Assembly (NCBI GenBank): GCA_038883655.1
Contig: JAVZLQ010000001.1
Span: 64,001 to 128,000, forward strand
Reading direction: 5' to 3'
Source of the DNA: Candidatus Bathyarchaeia archaeon
GTDB taxonomy: Archaea; Thermoproteota; Bathyarchaeia; Bathyarchaeales; Bathycorpusculaceae
DNA: 64,000 nucleotides
Positions within the stretch are counted from its first letter, which is position 1, and each line of letters opens with the position of its first letter. The translations under genes and the position numbers were made by a program. This document shows positions 1-10,195 of the stretch, in pieces. The notes below the pieces were generated by a model that saw only the letters and a list, made by a program, of their open reading frames with translations, was not told the origin of the DNA and did no database searches.

Positions 1-196
1 TTCCCATTTCAAAGTGGAATGGTCCACCCCAGTTTTCCACAATTTTTTTAACTGTTCTGGCGATTTTTTGGTCTTTTATGTCTGCTAGTATGAAGCCGTC
101 GGCGCCTAGTGCTCGGGCTGTTAGCGCCACGTGGGTTGTTAGTCTTGCGTCTCTTCGTGGCCTATGTCCCCATCTTAAAACAAAAATTTTTGGCAT
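1..196 (-). CDS. trm56: tRNA (cytidine(56)-2'-O)-methyltransferase, N-terminal part (runs off window)
   Basis: Not in the ORF track. Manual translation from ATG at 196 gives [34 protein letters not shown], the SPOUT aTrm56 signature (LRxGHRxxRDxRxTTH). Confidence 0.9.
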   Translation of the reverse strand, partial: MPKIFVLRWGHRPRRDARLTTHVALTARALGADGFILADIKDQKIARTVKKIVENWGGPFHFEMG

Positions 197-1464
197 TGCA
201 TCTTCACTGGTGGATTTCGATTTTTCCATAAGTTTTCCACGTGATTTTTAACTTTTTCTGCGAAGCTTGGGTTCGCCTCAAAAATTATGTTAGCTGAGTC
301 GCCCCTATATTCTACGTGTTGCACATCTGCCCTTTGGAAAAGCCATGATATGAACTGCATTGTCTCGTTTGTTAATGGTATTGTGAACGACATTTTAACA
401 TAGTTCTGCAATTGCTTGCTAATAGCTTCTTTCAACAGTTCAATGTTTGTTCCACGCAGTGCCGATGTTGGTATAGGATTTGGCGCCTCATCCTTTATCG
501 CCTCCAGCCTCAAGCTAATTTCTTCTTCTCGTAGAAGGTCTATTTTGTTCAAGGCAGTGATTATGGGGATTCCTGACGCTCCTATACGTTCTATTGTTTC
601 TAGGCACACGTTAAGCTTCTTTTCAACAGTGCTTACCGGCTCGCTTACATCAACGACGAGCAGTATTAAGTCTGCATAAATGGTTTCTTCAAGGGTTGAG
701 TGGAAAGCCTCGATAAGCGTCAGTGGCAAGCGGTCTATAAAACCAACAGTGTCCGTTAACAAGAATTTTTTTCTCGCGATTTTCACGAGCCGCGTTGTTG
801 TGGAGAGCGTCGTAAAGAGCGTGGTATCAACCGGCACCTCCTCTTCCGTTAGGGCATTGAAAAGTGAGCTTTTTCCAGCGTTTGTGTATCCAGCCAAAGA
901 AATTGACGAAAAGCCAAGTTCTGCCCTTCTTTCACGGTGCAACTGCCTCTTCCCACGAATCTTCTTAAGCTTCCGCCTTATAGCGTGAACTTGTCTTTTA
1001 ACAGCTTCGTAGTAAACGTCAACTTCGTAGGCTCCAAGCCCCATGAAGCCTGGTTGCTCTCCCATCTTTGCGAGTCGCACCCTCTCTTTTGCATGTGCGA
1101 GTTCGTATTGGAGTTTTGCCAGTTGAATTTGTAGTTTTGCTTCTGTTGTTGTAGCTCTTCTCGTGAAAATTTCGAGTATTAGTTGAAACCTATCTATAGC
1201 TTCGACGCCAGTGGACTTTGCAAGGTTGTATGCTTGCACTGGTTTTAGTGGATTATCAAAAATTATTTTTTGGGCGCCAGTTTCTTTTACGAGTTCGGCG
1301 AGCTCCTTAACTTTTCCAGCGCCTATTTGATAACGTGAGTCTGGTTCCCTAATTTGCTCGATCTTGCCGACTACGGTGTATCCTGCTGACTCTGCTAGGC
1401 TTTTGAGTTCTTCTAGGCTTGATGGTTCCGTGGGGCGTCTGCGTTGAACTATGATTGCTTTCGT
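175..1464 (-). CDS. hflX: GTPase HflX; probable non-canonical ACG start at 1464 (ORF track starts it internally at 1239)
   Basis: G1 GYTNAGKS, G3 DTVG and G4 NKID motifs. The frame stays open and HflX-like upstream of 1239 (KAIIVQRR...[17 protein letters not shown]...[11 protein letters not shown]...[15 protein letters not shown]). Confidence 0.92.
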   Translation of the reverse strand, partial: TKAIIVQRRRPTEPSSLEELKSLAESAGYTVVGKIEQIREPDSRYQIGAGKVKELAELVKETGAQKIIFDNPLKPVQAYNLAKSTGVEAIDRFQLILEIFTRRATTTEAKLQIQLAKLQYELAHAKERVRLAKMGEQPGFMGLGAYEVDVYYEAVKRQVHAIRRKLKKIRGKRQLHRERRAELGFSSISLAGYTNAGKSSLFNALTEEEVPVDTTLFTTLSTTTRLVKIARKKFLLTDTVGFIDRLPLTLIEAFHSTLEETIYADLILLVVDVSEPVSTVEKKLNVCLETIERIGASGIPIITALNKIDLLREEEISLRLEAIKDEAPNPIPTSALRGTNIELLKEAISKQLQNYVKMSFTIPLTNETMQFISWLFQRADVQHVEYRGDSANIIFEANPSFAEKVKNHVENLWKNRNPPVKMQCQKFLF

Positions 1465-2006
1465 TCGGCGGTTTCCCCCTTTTCCGAGCTTTTCTCTTTT
1501 TTCCCAAGTTGGATAATGTCGCCCAATGTTAGTTCACGCTTTTCCAGTTTCGGAATTTTTGCTTGAGAAGCAGTTTCTTCAGCGACCGGAACAAGCAACC
1601 TAATTTTCAACTCGTGTTCCAACTTCCTTGCGAGAATGTCGTCCGGCGTCATCTTGCCCGTTTCAATTTTCCTCAAGACAGAAACTTTCTCGTTTAATCT
1701 TTTGCCCAAATCCTCGTGGGACAACCCAAGTTTTTCTCTCGCCTGCTTAATTTTCACGTTAAAATCTTCGATAAGCTCGAATGAGGCTAACTTTATTTCT
1801 TGGTGCCTCTTTTGTTGCTGTAGCCTTGGCGTTAGGGGTGTTTTAGGCTTTGTTAGTATGGGTATTTGCATGGGCGTTTTCGGTTTTTCTTCCAAAATTG
1901 GCTTTCCATGTTTTGCGCATTCGTTGCACACTGTCAGTTTTGCTCCTTCGATCATGACGTTGCATGGTTTGCCGTAGATTTTGCGTCCGCAGACTTCGCA
2001 CCGCAC
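1449..2006 (-). CDS. mbf1: Archaeal multiprotein bridging factor 1 (Zn-ribbon + HTH)
   Basis: CEVCG...CNEC Zn ribbon, HTH (AREKLGLSHEDLG...LRKIETG) and C-terminal LTLGD. GTG start at 2006 follows an AGGTG SD-like motif; the track start is 2018. Confidence 0.9.
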   Translation of the reverse strand: MRCEVCGRKIYGKPCNVMIEGAKLTVCNECAKHGKPILEEKPKTPMQIPILTKPKTPLTPRLQQQKRHQEIKLASFELIEDFNVKIKQAREKLGLSHEDLGKRLNEKVSVLRKIETGKMTPDDILARKLEHELKIRLLVPVAEETASQAKIPKLEKRELTLGDIIQLGKKEKSSEKGETAERKQS

Positions 2007-2088
2007 GCGTTCACACACCTACTGTTTTTATTTTACTGCTAGTGTTTATAGTTGTCGAATTGTAATGGCGGTTTGGGGTGCATAAACC

Positions 2089-2562
2089 TTGGAAGAAGAA
2101 GACCTTAAAAGGATTAGAAGCGTGGCAGACTACCAGTTTGGAAAGGGTGTGGGCGCAAAACTTTTTCCAGAAAACGTGGAAATCGCCTATTCCAAGCGCA
2201 CTGGCAGAATCCGTTACGTCTACTTAGAGGGCAAAAGGCTTGCAACCCTACGCCCAATTGATGGACTGTTTTCCTTAAGTATTACTGGCGCAAAAAGGAT
2301 TGTCAAAAGCAATTGTCAAGCAAGATGCATGGTTGTTGTTCGCGATGATGTTGCAAAGTTTGTTGCTGAGGGCGGAGACGTTTTTGCCGCGCATGTTGTT
2401 GAGGCTGATGACGCCATCCGCCCAAAAGACGAAGTTATCGTTGTTGATAAGCATGGAAATGTTTTGGCTGTTGGTAAAGCGGTATTATCTGGTGTGGAAA
2501 TGTGTGCCTTCAAGTGCGGCGTGGCTGTCAAGGTTAGGCGTGGATGCTTGGAAGAAAGTTAA
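2089..2562 (+). CDS. PUA-domain protein (archaeosine TGT C-terminal-like)
   Basis: ADYQFG...SKRTGRIR...GGDVFAAHV...IRPKDEV...GVAVKVR, typical of the stand-alone TGT-C2/PUA protein. Confidence 0.85.
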   Translation: MEEEDLKRIRSVADYQFGKGVGAKLFPENVEIAYSKRTGRIRYVYLEGKRLATLRPIDGLFSLSITGAKRIVKSNCQARCMVVVRDDVAKFVAEGGDVFAAHVVEADDAIRPKDEVIVVDKHGNVLAVGKAVLSGVEMCAFKCGVAVKVRRGCLEES

Positions 2563-2611
2563 GTATTTGAACGCCTTATCAAATAGTAAAGTGTGGTGGA
2601 GAGAAAAGGTT

Positions 2612-2962
2612 ATGCATAGGCGCATAAGTCCCAGAGAAGCGAGGCGCATGATGCAACGCATGGGCTTAAGCATGGACGCAATCCCAGACGTTGAACAAGT
2701 AATAATCAAAACAAGCGACAAAGAAATAACAATTCAAGAACCAGAAGTAGCCATACTTGACATGCAAGGACAAAAAATTTTCCAGATAACCGGCGGAAAA
2801 GTAACAGAAAAGGCGCTTGAACGTAAATTGACGATTCCAGACGAGGACGTGCGATTAGTGGCAGACCAGACTGGAAAAAGCCTTGAAGAAGCAAGAAAAG
2901 CCCTTGAAGAGTGCGGAGGCGATCTGGCGAAGGCAATTCTCCTACTTCAATCAAAAATCTAA
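2612..2962 (+). CDS. nac: Nascent polypeptide-associated complex protein (NAC + UBA)
   Basis: From ATG 2612: MHRRISPREARRMMQRMG...IPDEDVRLVADQTG...ALEECGGDLAKAIL. The upstream part of the track ORF overlaps the PUA gene. Confidence 0.9.
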   Translation: MHRRISPREARRMMQRMGLSMDAIPDVEQVIIKTSDKEITIQEPEVAILDMQGQKIFQITGGKVTEKALERKLTIPDEDVRLVADQTGKSLEEARKALEECGGDLAKAILLLQSKI

Positions 2963-3045
2963 CCCTTCTTGCACGCATTCACAAATTAAAGTTATATTTT
3001 TCGTCTTATTCGTATATTAGTTCATTTGGGGGCAATCCGCTAGCG

Positions 3046-3969
3046 TTGACTGACATAGCAGCAGTTGGACATTTCTCAATAGATTCCATTCTTCTTCCAT
3101 CAAGCCAAAGGCCACACGTCGTTCTTGGCGGTTCGGTGGCTTACGTGGCGCTTTCAGCCCAACGCTTAGGCGCAAACGTTTCCGTCATATCTAAGGTTGG
3201 CAGCGACTTTCCAGAAGCCTACATGTGGTGGCTTGGACAAGAGGGCATAAACCTTTCTGGCATATTAAAAATTGAAGACGCCCTTACCACACGTTTTGAA
3301 TTGAAGTACAGCCCAGACCTATTAAGTAGGAGTCTGCGCCTTGCAACCAAAGCCCCACCAATAACCATTGACGATATACCAAACTCCTTAAAGGCAAAGG
3401 CAATCCACATAGCGCCAATAGCGGATGAAATCAAAAACGAAGTTGTAGAGAAACTCAAGGCACATGCAGATTGCGTATCTCTAGACCCTCAAGGTTTTCT
3501 GCGAACCTTCGACGAAAACGGAAATGTAACTTATCGCGAATTGCCAAACAAGCAAATTCTCGAACACGTTAACATTTACAAGTCTTCTTCTGAAGAAATC
3601 ATGCATGCAACAAGCTTAAAGAATATTAGCGCGGCTGTAAGAGCGATTCACGACTTCGGCGTGGGAATAGTCATAGTCACTTTGGGCATAAAGGGCGCTT
3701 TGCTATCGGTTGAAGGAGCAGTCTACAACATTCCAGCATATAAAGCAGCAAGGGTTGTTGACCCAACTGGTGCTGGAGATGTTTTCATAGGCGCCTTCCT
3801 TGCCGAGTACATTAAAGGTAAAGAAGCCTTATGGTGTGCTTGTGTGGGCTCCGGGGCGGCTTCGGTTGCTGTTGAAGCTGTTGGCCCAACTTTTGCTGAC
3901 TGCAGAACCGAAATTTATAGAAGGGCACATTTGCTCTGTGAAAAAGAAATTAAGAATGAACTGCATTAG
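3046..3969 (+). CDS. PfkB/ribokinase-family carbohydrate kinase
   Basis: GGSVAY, KVGSDF and DPTGAGDVF signature motifs. TTG start inferred at 3046. Confidence 0.85.
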   Translation: MTDIAAVGHFSIDSILLPSSQRPHVVLGGSVAYVALSAQRLGANVSVISKVGSDFPEAYMWWLGQEGINLSGILKIEDALTTRFELKYSPDLLSRSLRLATKAPPITIDDIPNSLKAKAIHIAPIADEIKNEVVEKLKAHADCVSLDPQGFLRTFDENGNVTYRELPNKQILEHVNIYKSSSEEIMHATSLKNISAAVRAIHDFGVGIVIVTLGIKGALLSVEGAVYNIPAYKAARVVDPTGAGDVFIGAFLAEYIKGKEALWCACVGSGAASVAVEAVGPTFADCRTEIYRRAHLLCEKEIKNELH

Positions 3970-3988
3970 TATTTCAGAAAAGGAGACA

Positions 3989-4204
3989 TTGACTTTGGGT
4001 CGCATCGATAAAGGCGCAAAATGCAACGTTTCTGGATGCGGTAAGGAAGCAGTTCGATCGCTTTCCCTAGACAAGGTAAGGTCTTCTGGTTTAAGTGTAA
4101 ATGTGGAGGGCAGACGCGCTTATCTTTGTAAGGGGCATTATAAGGAGTATAAGAAGCGTACAAAGAAGGAGAAGCAGCTTGAAAAGTGGCGGCATATGGG
4201 CTAG
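3989..4204 (+). CDS. Small basic Zn-finger-like conserved hypothetical protein
   Basis: GRIDKGAKCNVSGC...YLCKGHYKEYKK. AGGAG SD precedes TTG 3989/3995, and the ORF ends 6 nt before thrS. Confidence 0.65.
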   Translation: MTLGRIDKGAKCNVSGCGKEAVRSLSLDKVRSSGLSVNVEGRRAYLCKGHYKEYKKRTKKEKQLEKWRHMG

Positions 4205-4210
4205 GGAAGG

Positions 4211-6088
4211 GTGATTATTAAAATGCGGGTATTACAGTTGCACTCCGACTTCATCGAGTTTCAGCCAATACAAAAAGAAATAGCAATGGCTGAAGAGGCG
4301 GAGAAAAAGAAAACACGCCTAGAAGAAATAGTTGTTCTTTTCACGGCGGTTGAAGAGGGCGACAACACCGCCTTAGCGAAAAAGGCAATAGATGAAATTT
4401 GCGACTTTCTCGAAAAACTGAAAGTAAATCGCATACTAATCTATCCATACGCACACCTAAGCAGCAACCTCGCAAAACCATCAGAAGCGCTAAAAGTAAT
4501 TAAAGCCATGGAGGCATATGCGAAAGAGAAGGGTCTAGAAACCTACCGTGCGCCTTTCGGCTGGAACAAGCAGTTCACAATCGCGATTAAGGGTCACCCA
4601 CTAGCAGAGCAATCGCGTGTTTTTCTTCCAGAAGCAGAAAAAGAGGAGAAAGAGCTTGTATCCGAAGCTGTAAAAGCCGAAGAAAAACTGAAGTCGCATT
4701 GGTATATTCTCCAACCAGACGGCAAAATGGTTCCAGTTGAAGAATTCGATTTTAGGAATCATGAAAACCTTAAAAAGTTCATGAAATACGAGGTTTCAAA
4801 GGTTAGGGCAAGCCAGCAGATGCCTCCACATGTTCCTTTAATGAAGAGGCTTGAAATAGCGGATTACGAGTTTGGAAGCGACCCTGGAAACATAAGGTGG
4901 TACCCGAAGGGGCGGCTAATCAAATCACTGCTTGAACAATTTGTGACAGCCAAAATGATAGAGTACGGCGCCATGGAAGTTGAAACTCCAATAATGTATG
5001 ATTTCCAGCATCCAAGTCTAGCCGACTACATAAACCGTTTTCCAGCAAGACAGTACTTGCTAAAATCGGAAGACAAGGAGCTTTTCCTGCGTTTTGCCGC
5101 GTGTTTCGGGCAGTTCCTTATGGTTCATGACACGCAGTTCTCTTATAGACATATGCCACTAAAAGTTTACGAGTTAACACGCTACAGCTTTAGACGCGAA
5201 AAAAGCGGCGAGGTTGTAGGCCTAAGACGTTTAAGAGCCTTCACAATGCCAGATTGCCACGCCTTCTGTAAAGATCTCGAACAAGCCAAAAGCGAATTCC
5301 TCGTTAGGTTCAAAATCTGTATGGAAGTTTTGGAAGAGATAGGCTTGCCGAAAGAGGATTATGAGGTGGCAATACGCTTCACAAAAGACTTTTACAAGGA
5401 AAACAAGGATTTCGTTGAGTCCCTAGCGAAAATTTTCGGCAAACCAGCCCTTGTAGAAATGTGGGAGGAACGCTTTTTCTACTTCGCGCTAAAATGGGAC
5501 TTCAACTTCGTGGATAATCAGGATAAGGCTGCAGCCCTCTCAACAGACCAAATCGACATAGAAAACGCGAAAAGATACAATATAACGTACGTTGACGAGA
5601 AAGGCGAAAGACGCTACCCGCTTATCTTGCACTGTTCACCAAGCGGAGCCATCGAAAGATGCGTGTACGCATTATTGGAAAAAGCTTACAAAGACCAGCA
5701 AAATGGTAAACCGCCGATGCTGCCGCTTTGGCTCTCGCCAACACAGGTGCGCATAATTCCAATGTCAACAAGCTATCTTGAACACGCAGAAAAACTCGGA
5801 AAGGAGTTAGAAGCGCATTGTATACGCTACGATATTGATGAAAGAGCTATGACGCTACAGAGAAGGATTCGCGAAGCCGAGATGGAGTGGGTCCCATACA
5901 TAATCGTTTTAGGAAAAAAGGAGGTACAATCAGAAACGCTCCCAGTTAGGGACAGAAAAGCTGGGAAAATACGCAACATGAAACTTGAAGAACTCATAAA
6001 AGAAATTGAAGAGGAGGTCAAAGCTAAACCCTTCAAGCCGCTGCCACTTCCAAAACACCTTTCAAAGAGACCGCAGTTCTACGGCTAG
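4211..6088 (+). CDS. thrS: Threonine--tRNA ligase, archaeal type with N-terminal editing domain
   Basis: LQLHSDF...IYPYAHLS...APFGWNK...KGHPLAE editing domain; RFAACFGQF, FRREKSGE, LRRLRAFTMPDCH and LHCSPSGAIER core motifs. Confidence 0.97.
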   Translation: MIIKMRVLQLHSDFIEFQPIQKEIAMAEEAEKKKTRLEEIVVLFTAVEEGDNTALAKKAIDEICDFLEKLKVNRILIYPYAHLSSNLAKPSEALKVIKAMEAYAKEKGLETYRAPFGWNKQFTIAIKGHPLAEQSRVFLPEAEKEEKELVSEAVKAEEKLKSHWYILQPDGKMVPVEEFDFRNHENLKKFMKYEVSKVRASQQMPPHVPLMKRLEIADYEFGSDPGNIRWYPKGRLIKSLLEQFVTAKMIEYGAMEVETPIMYDFQHPSLADYINRFPARQYLLKSEDKELFLRFAACFGQFLMVHDTQFSYRHMPLKVYELTRYSFRREKSGEVVGLRRLRAFTMPDCHAFCKDLEQAKSEFLVRFKICMEVLEEIGLPKEDYEVAIRFTKDFYKENKDFVESLAKIFGKPALVEMWEERFFYFALKWDFNFVDNQDKAAALSTDQIDIENAKRYNITYVDEKGERRYPLILHCSPSGAIERCVYALLEKAYKDQQNGKPPMLPLWLSPTQVRIIPMSTSYLEHAEKLGKELEAHCIRYDIDERAMTLQRRIREAEMEWVPYIIVLGKKEVQSETLPVRDRKAGKIRNMKLEELIKEIEEEVKAKPFKPLPLPKHLSKRPQFYG

Positions 6089-6174
6089 TAACATTATAAA
6101 AAGGCAAATTTTTGCAAAAAATATATCAAACCCAAAAGGCGATAGCTAATCTTCTAGCCTAGGGGAGAAAACAA

Positions 6175-7065
6175 TTGGAAAAGGAACTTCTAGTTTATAT
6201 CGACGGTGAATACTATCCAAAGTCTCAAGCAAAAATCTCTGTTTATGACCATGGTCTTTTGTATGGCGACGGAGTGTTCGAAGGAATCCGCGCATACAAC
6301 GGCGTTGTTTTTAGACTAAAAGAACACATAGATAGGCTTTATCGCTCCGCACACACCATAATGCTGCAAATTCCAATACCAAAAGAGGAAATGATAAGAA
6401 TAGTCTTGGAAACACTTCGTAAAAACAAACTAAGAGACGCTTACATACGCCTGGTCGTTACGCGAGGCGTAGGTGACTTGGGACTAGATCCGAGAAAATG
6501 CCAAAAACCAACAATAATCGTCATAACAGACACCATAAAACTGTTAAAAACAGAGGCAAAAGAAAACGGGATAACCGCCATGATTTCATGGGTTAAAAGA
6601 GACCCTGTAGACGCAACAACACACGAAATAAAATCGCTCAACTACCTAAACAGCATACTCGCAAAGATCGAAGCAAACATAAACGGCGTAGACGAAGCCA
6701 TATGCCTCGACAAAAACGGCTTTGTCTGCGAGGGCGTGGCAGAAAACATATTCATAGTTAAAGGACACAAAATCTTCACACCACCAAGCTATACGGGCGC
6801 GCTTCCAGGGATAACAGCCGAAGCAGTAATGAACCTCGCCAAAAAACTCGGATACGAAGTCGTAGAAAGGAACATAACACCTTACGAGCTGTTCAACGCG
6901 GACGAGGTTTTCTTTACCGGGACAGCCGCTGAAATCGTGCCAGTTAAAGAAATAAACAAAAGGGTTATCGGTGACGGCAAGCCCGGCCCGGTGACAAGAA
7001 GGCTTATGGAAGAATTTGCGAAGATGGTTCAAGACCCGAAAGAGGGAATACCAATCTACAGCTAG
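6175..7065 (+). CDS. ilvE: Branched-chain amino acid aminotransferase (PLP fold IV)
   Basis: [32 protein letters not shown] and FFTGTAAEI motifs. Confidence 0.95.
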   Translation: MEKELLVYIDGEYYPKSQAKISVYDHGLLYGDGVFEGIRAYNGVVFRLKEHIDRLYRSAHTIMLQIPIPKEEMIRIVLETLRKNKLRDAYIRLVVTRGVGDLGLDPRKCQKPTIIVITDTIKLLKTEAKENGITAMISWVKRDPVDATTHEIKSLNYLNSILAKIEANINGVDEAICLDKNGFVCEGVAENIFIVKGHKIFTPPSYTGALPGITAEAVMNLAKKLGYEVVERNITPYELFNADEVFFTGTAAEIVPVKEINKRVIGDGKPGPVTRRLMEEFAKMVQDPKEGIPIYS

Positions 7066-7088
7066 TATGGCGCTTAGCCCTATTCACC

Positions 7089-8300
7089 CTATTTATTCCT
7101 TTTCATGAAACGCTCAACTTCGTTGAAGGCTTGCTCAAGCACATCAATTGGTGGGAGAAAGACGCTTCTAAAGTGACCAGAACCGTAAACTGGGTCAAAA
7201 CCAGAACCGTGCACAAAAAGCACACCGGTTTCTTTCAAAAGTTCAAGAACAAACTCTACATCGCTTTTCCACATTTGCCCTACACCATGAACCTTCGGAA
7301 AAACGTAAAAGGCTCCTTCAGGCTTAGCGCAACTAATGCCGTTTATCTGACTTATCCTTTTCAACACGTAGTCCCTCCTTTGCCTAAGCTTATCCACAAG
7401 CTCCTTGATATGGTCTTGCGGTCCGTTCAATGCTGCTACTCCAGCCTTCTGGACAGGCGTGTTTGCGCATAGCCTTATTCTCGCTTCTTTTTCGATGCAC
7501 TGCTTTAGCTCTTCCAGTTCGCCGTTCTTATCATGAAAGTAAATGTAGCCTAGCCTCCACCCAGTCATTAAATAAGCTTTTGAAAAACCGTTAAGCCCAA
7601 TTACTGGAACATCCTTGGCCAAACGCGCAGTGCTAACAAAACGTTTTTCAAACGTTAACTGGTCATAGATCTCATCCGACAATACTGGAAGCCCAAACTC
7701 GCCGGCCAAATCTAAAATCTGCTTTACGGTTTTTTCTTCATAGAGCGCGCCGCATGGGTTGTTGGGATTTATAACAACTATCCCACGGGTTCTTTTCGAG
7801 ATTTTGCGTCTCAAATCGTCAATGTTGGGCTGCCAACCATCATCCTCAACTGTCTCATAAGTTACAGGTTTGCCGCCGAAAAACTTGGCATAAGAAATGT
7901 ACGGAGGATAAGTCGGACCCGGCAGGAGAATTTCGTCTCCCCCGTCAATAAGCGCAGCCATAACCATTTGGATACCCTCAGAAATTCCAGAAGTAACAAT
8001 AACATCCTCAGCGCACACATCAACGCCATTAACACGCTTCTCCTTGTCGCATATGGCTTGTCTAAGCTCAGGCAAACCTTCAGAAGGCGAATAGGCGTTT
8101 GCACCACCTTCAACAGCCTCAAACAAAGCTTGTTTAATATGCCTGGGCGTATCAAAATCAAACGCGACTGGATCGCCAATGTTCAAGTAGTAAATCTTTT
8201 TCCCAGCCTTTGCCAGTTCCCGCGCATAAACAATAACATCACGAATGGCATACTCGATTGTGCGCACGCGCTCCGTAACCTTAACTTTGGCTTTAGCCAT
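7089..8300 (-). CDS. Class I/II aminotransferase (alanine aminotransferase-like)
   Basis: YAIRD, LNIGDP, INPNNPCG, SDEIYD and GFSKAYLMTGWRLG motifs. Confidence 0.9.
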   Translation of the reverse strand: MAKAKVKVTERVRTIEYAIRDVIVYARELAKAGKKIYYLNIGDPVAFDFDTPRHIKQALFEAVEGGANAYSPSEGLPELRQAICDKEKRVNGVDVCAEDVIVTSGISEGIQMVMAALIDGGDEILLPGPTYPPYISYAKFFGGKPVTYETVEDDGWQPNIDDLRRKISKRTRGIVVINPNNPCGALYEEKTVKQILDLAGEFGLPVLSDEIYDQLTFEKRFVSTARLAKDVPVIGLNGFSKAYLMTGWRLGYIYFHDKNGELEELKQCIEKEARIRLCANTPVQKAGVAALNGPQDHIKELVDKLRQRRDYVLKRISQINGISCAKPEGAFYVFPKVHGVGQMWKSDVEFVLELLKETGVLFVHGSGFDPVYGSGHFRSVFLPPIDVLEQAFNEVERFMKRNK

Positions 8301-8361
8301 AAGACCCACTTTACCTTGTAGAATCTAGCCTAGACTTTTATAAGAAATAAATTTTGTGCAC

Positions 8362-10038
8362 TTACGGTGATGAAGGATACCAAACCTTTGATATCTGGAA
8401 GCCTTCAGCCGTGTAAACCGTGACCTTTAAGCTGCCCGCAAGATACAATCCCCAGTTCCATCGACAAACTATGGTGACATTTTCGCCTACTTTTAGTAGA
8501 TATCCATTTGGGACTAAAACTGGAATAGTTAGTGTTCCATCTATGATGAATGTTTGGTTTTCCACTTCAAACACTATAGATGTTACTGTCACGTTTTGAA
8601 TGGAGTTAACCGAATTTGAAATTGTAATGTTAACGTATGGGCCTAACAATTCGCTTAAGGCTGGTTTTTCCATTTTTAATTGCACTGGCGGTATTTCGAT
8701 TGTTCTTGAGATGTTCACTCCATCGCTCCTTATTGCGGTGATCGTGATATTTGTGCCTATAGACGTCTTCCAATTTATTGTGCAATTAAAAGTCACTTGG
8801 TCGCCTTTGTCGAGAAAGGCGAACTGTGGCGTAATTTCCGTTATATTGTCATTTAGCATTATTCGTGTAATGTTTATTCCAGAGAGCGAACACGGCATAT
8901 TCTTAACTTCAACCAGAAAGTAATCTGTGTAATCTAAGTCAAATGTCACATTTGTTATTTCCCAGACAATCTGTGGCGGAGTTGTCACATTTTTGGCTGG
9001 CACAGTGAACCCTTCATTTGTGTACACTTTAACCGATATTTTCTTGTCTCGATAATCACTCCAGTTCCATAAGCACTGGAAAACTTGAGAGCCATTTGGA
9101 GGAACGGAATTAAAAACTGATGGTTCTCCCACAGGCGGAAGCGTTTGGTTTATTGTTATTTCCCTTCCATCCTCCAATGTTATGTTTATCCTTCTTATTG
9201 AGGCGTATGCCGTAGAATCCTCTGAACTGCTAATATTAACGTAGAAGCGCTCCACATCAAAATAGTCAAACTTAACGTTTTGTATATTTAAAATCGCGCC
9301 CGGAAGTTTGTTTGTGGTATACGAAACTTCGTAACCCTCAAGAGTTTTCACTGTTACAGTGACGTTTATGTTCATGAAACTTTCCCAATTATAATTACAA
9401 GTGTACGTTAAACTTGAATTTACTGGCAAAATGTTAACAAAATCAAGTGATGGTGTAACATTTTCCTTTATAGAATTACTAAACAAAAGTATATCTGAAA
9501 TTGTGAGATTCGACGTCGGGCTCTCATTTTTCACCGTTATGTTGAAGTAATTGACGCTTTCTGAAACATTAAAGTATGGCGCCACTTTCAACTTCACATT
9601 TGGCGTCTGGTATAAGTAACTCTTTATTGAAGCGCCTTCTGCCGTAACTGGGTCTATTGTAACATTTTCACCGGCAAATTTACTCCAATTTTTTAGACAT
9701 TTAAAAGTCTGCTTGGTTCCTCTTTGAAGCAGAAATGGAAGTGCTGGTTCTGTACTTGTGATATCGTATGTTTCGTTTTTTCCCTCAATATTTAGACGAA
9801 TTGCGGTTATGTTTACGTCTAAAGCCGAGTTTGAAGGATTGAGAATCGTCACGTTAAAATATGTGGCGTTTGCAGCGTTAAAAGAAACATCCGTCACTAT
9901 AAGAAATGTCATATCTTCTGGCATGTTATAATAGCTTGCCATAACCCAAATGTAAGATATTATAGCTCCAAAAGTAGCTGAACACAATAACAATATTATT
10001 AATGCTAGAGTTGAAATTGCCCTTTTGTCAACCAACAT
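8362..10038 (-). CDS. Large surface protein with class III (type IV pilin-like) signal peptide and five tandem ~100-aa beta-rich repeats
   Basis: N-terminus KRA|ISTLALIILLL followed by a hydrophobic helix. Five repeats share C-x-x-NW and a downstream T/R-x-[ED]G. Many N-x-S/T sequons; AT-rich. Confidence 0.7.
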   Translation of the reverse strand: MLVDKRAISTLALIILLLCSATFGAIISYIWVMASYYNMPEDMTFLIVTDVSFNAANATYFNVTILNPSNSALDVNITAIRLNIEGKNETYDITSTEPALPFLLQRGTKQTFKCLKNWSKFAGENVTIDPVTAEGASIKSYLYQTPNVKLKVAPYFNVSESVNYFNITVKNESPTSNLTISDILLFSNSIKENVTPSLDFVNILPVNSSLTYTCNYNWESFMNINVTVTVKTLEGYEVSYTTNKLPGAILNIQNVKFDYFDVERFYVNISSSEDSTAYASIRRINITLEDGREITINQTLPPVGEPSVFNSVPPNGSQVFQCLWNWSDYRDKKISVKVYTNEGFTVPAKNVTTPPQIVWEITNVTFDLDYTDYFLVEVKNMPCSLSGINITRIMLNDNITEITPQFAFLDKGDQVTFNCTINWKTSIGTNITITAIRSDGVNISRTIEIPPVQLKMEKPALSELLGPYVNITISNSVNSIQNVTVTSIVFEVENQTFIIDGTLTIPVLVPNGYLLKVGENVTIVCRWNWGLYLAGSLKVTVYTAEGFQISKVWYPSSP

Positions 10039-10195
10039 GCACTATTCCTCCGATGTTGAAACAATTGTTTTATCTCATACCGTGTTGGAATAAATAAGTG
10101 TTCTCTTACAAGATATTTAAGGTCGTGAAATTTGTGTCAAACTTTATAAATGGTCTGAGCGTCCTTCTAAAATTCTGTTGGTTGAAGGGAGTTTG

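Noticed and set aside
2300-2611. Apparent 104-aa N-terminal extension of NAC
   Set aside because: It overlaps the PUA gene in another frame. NAC homology starts at ATG 2612.
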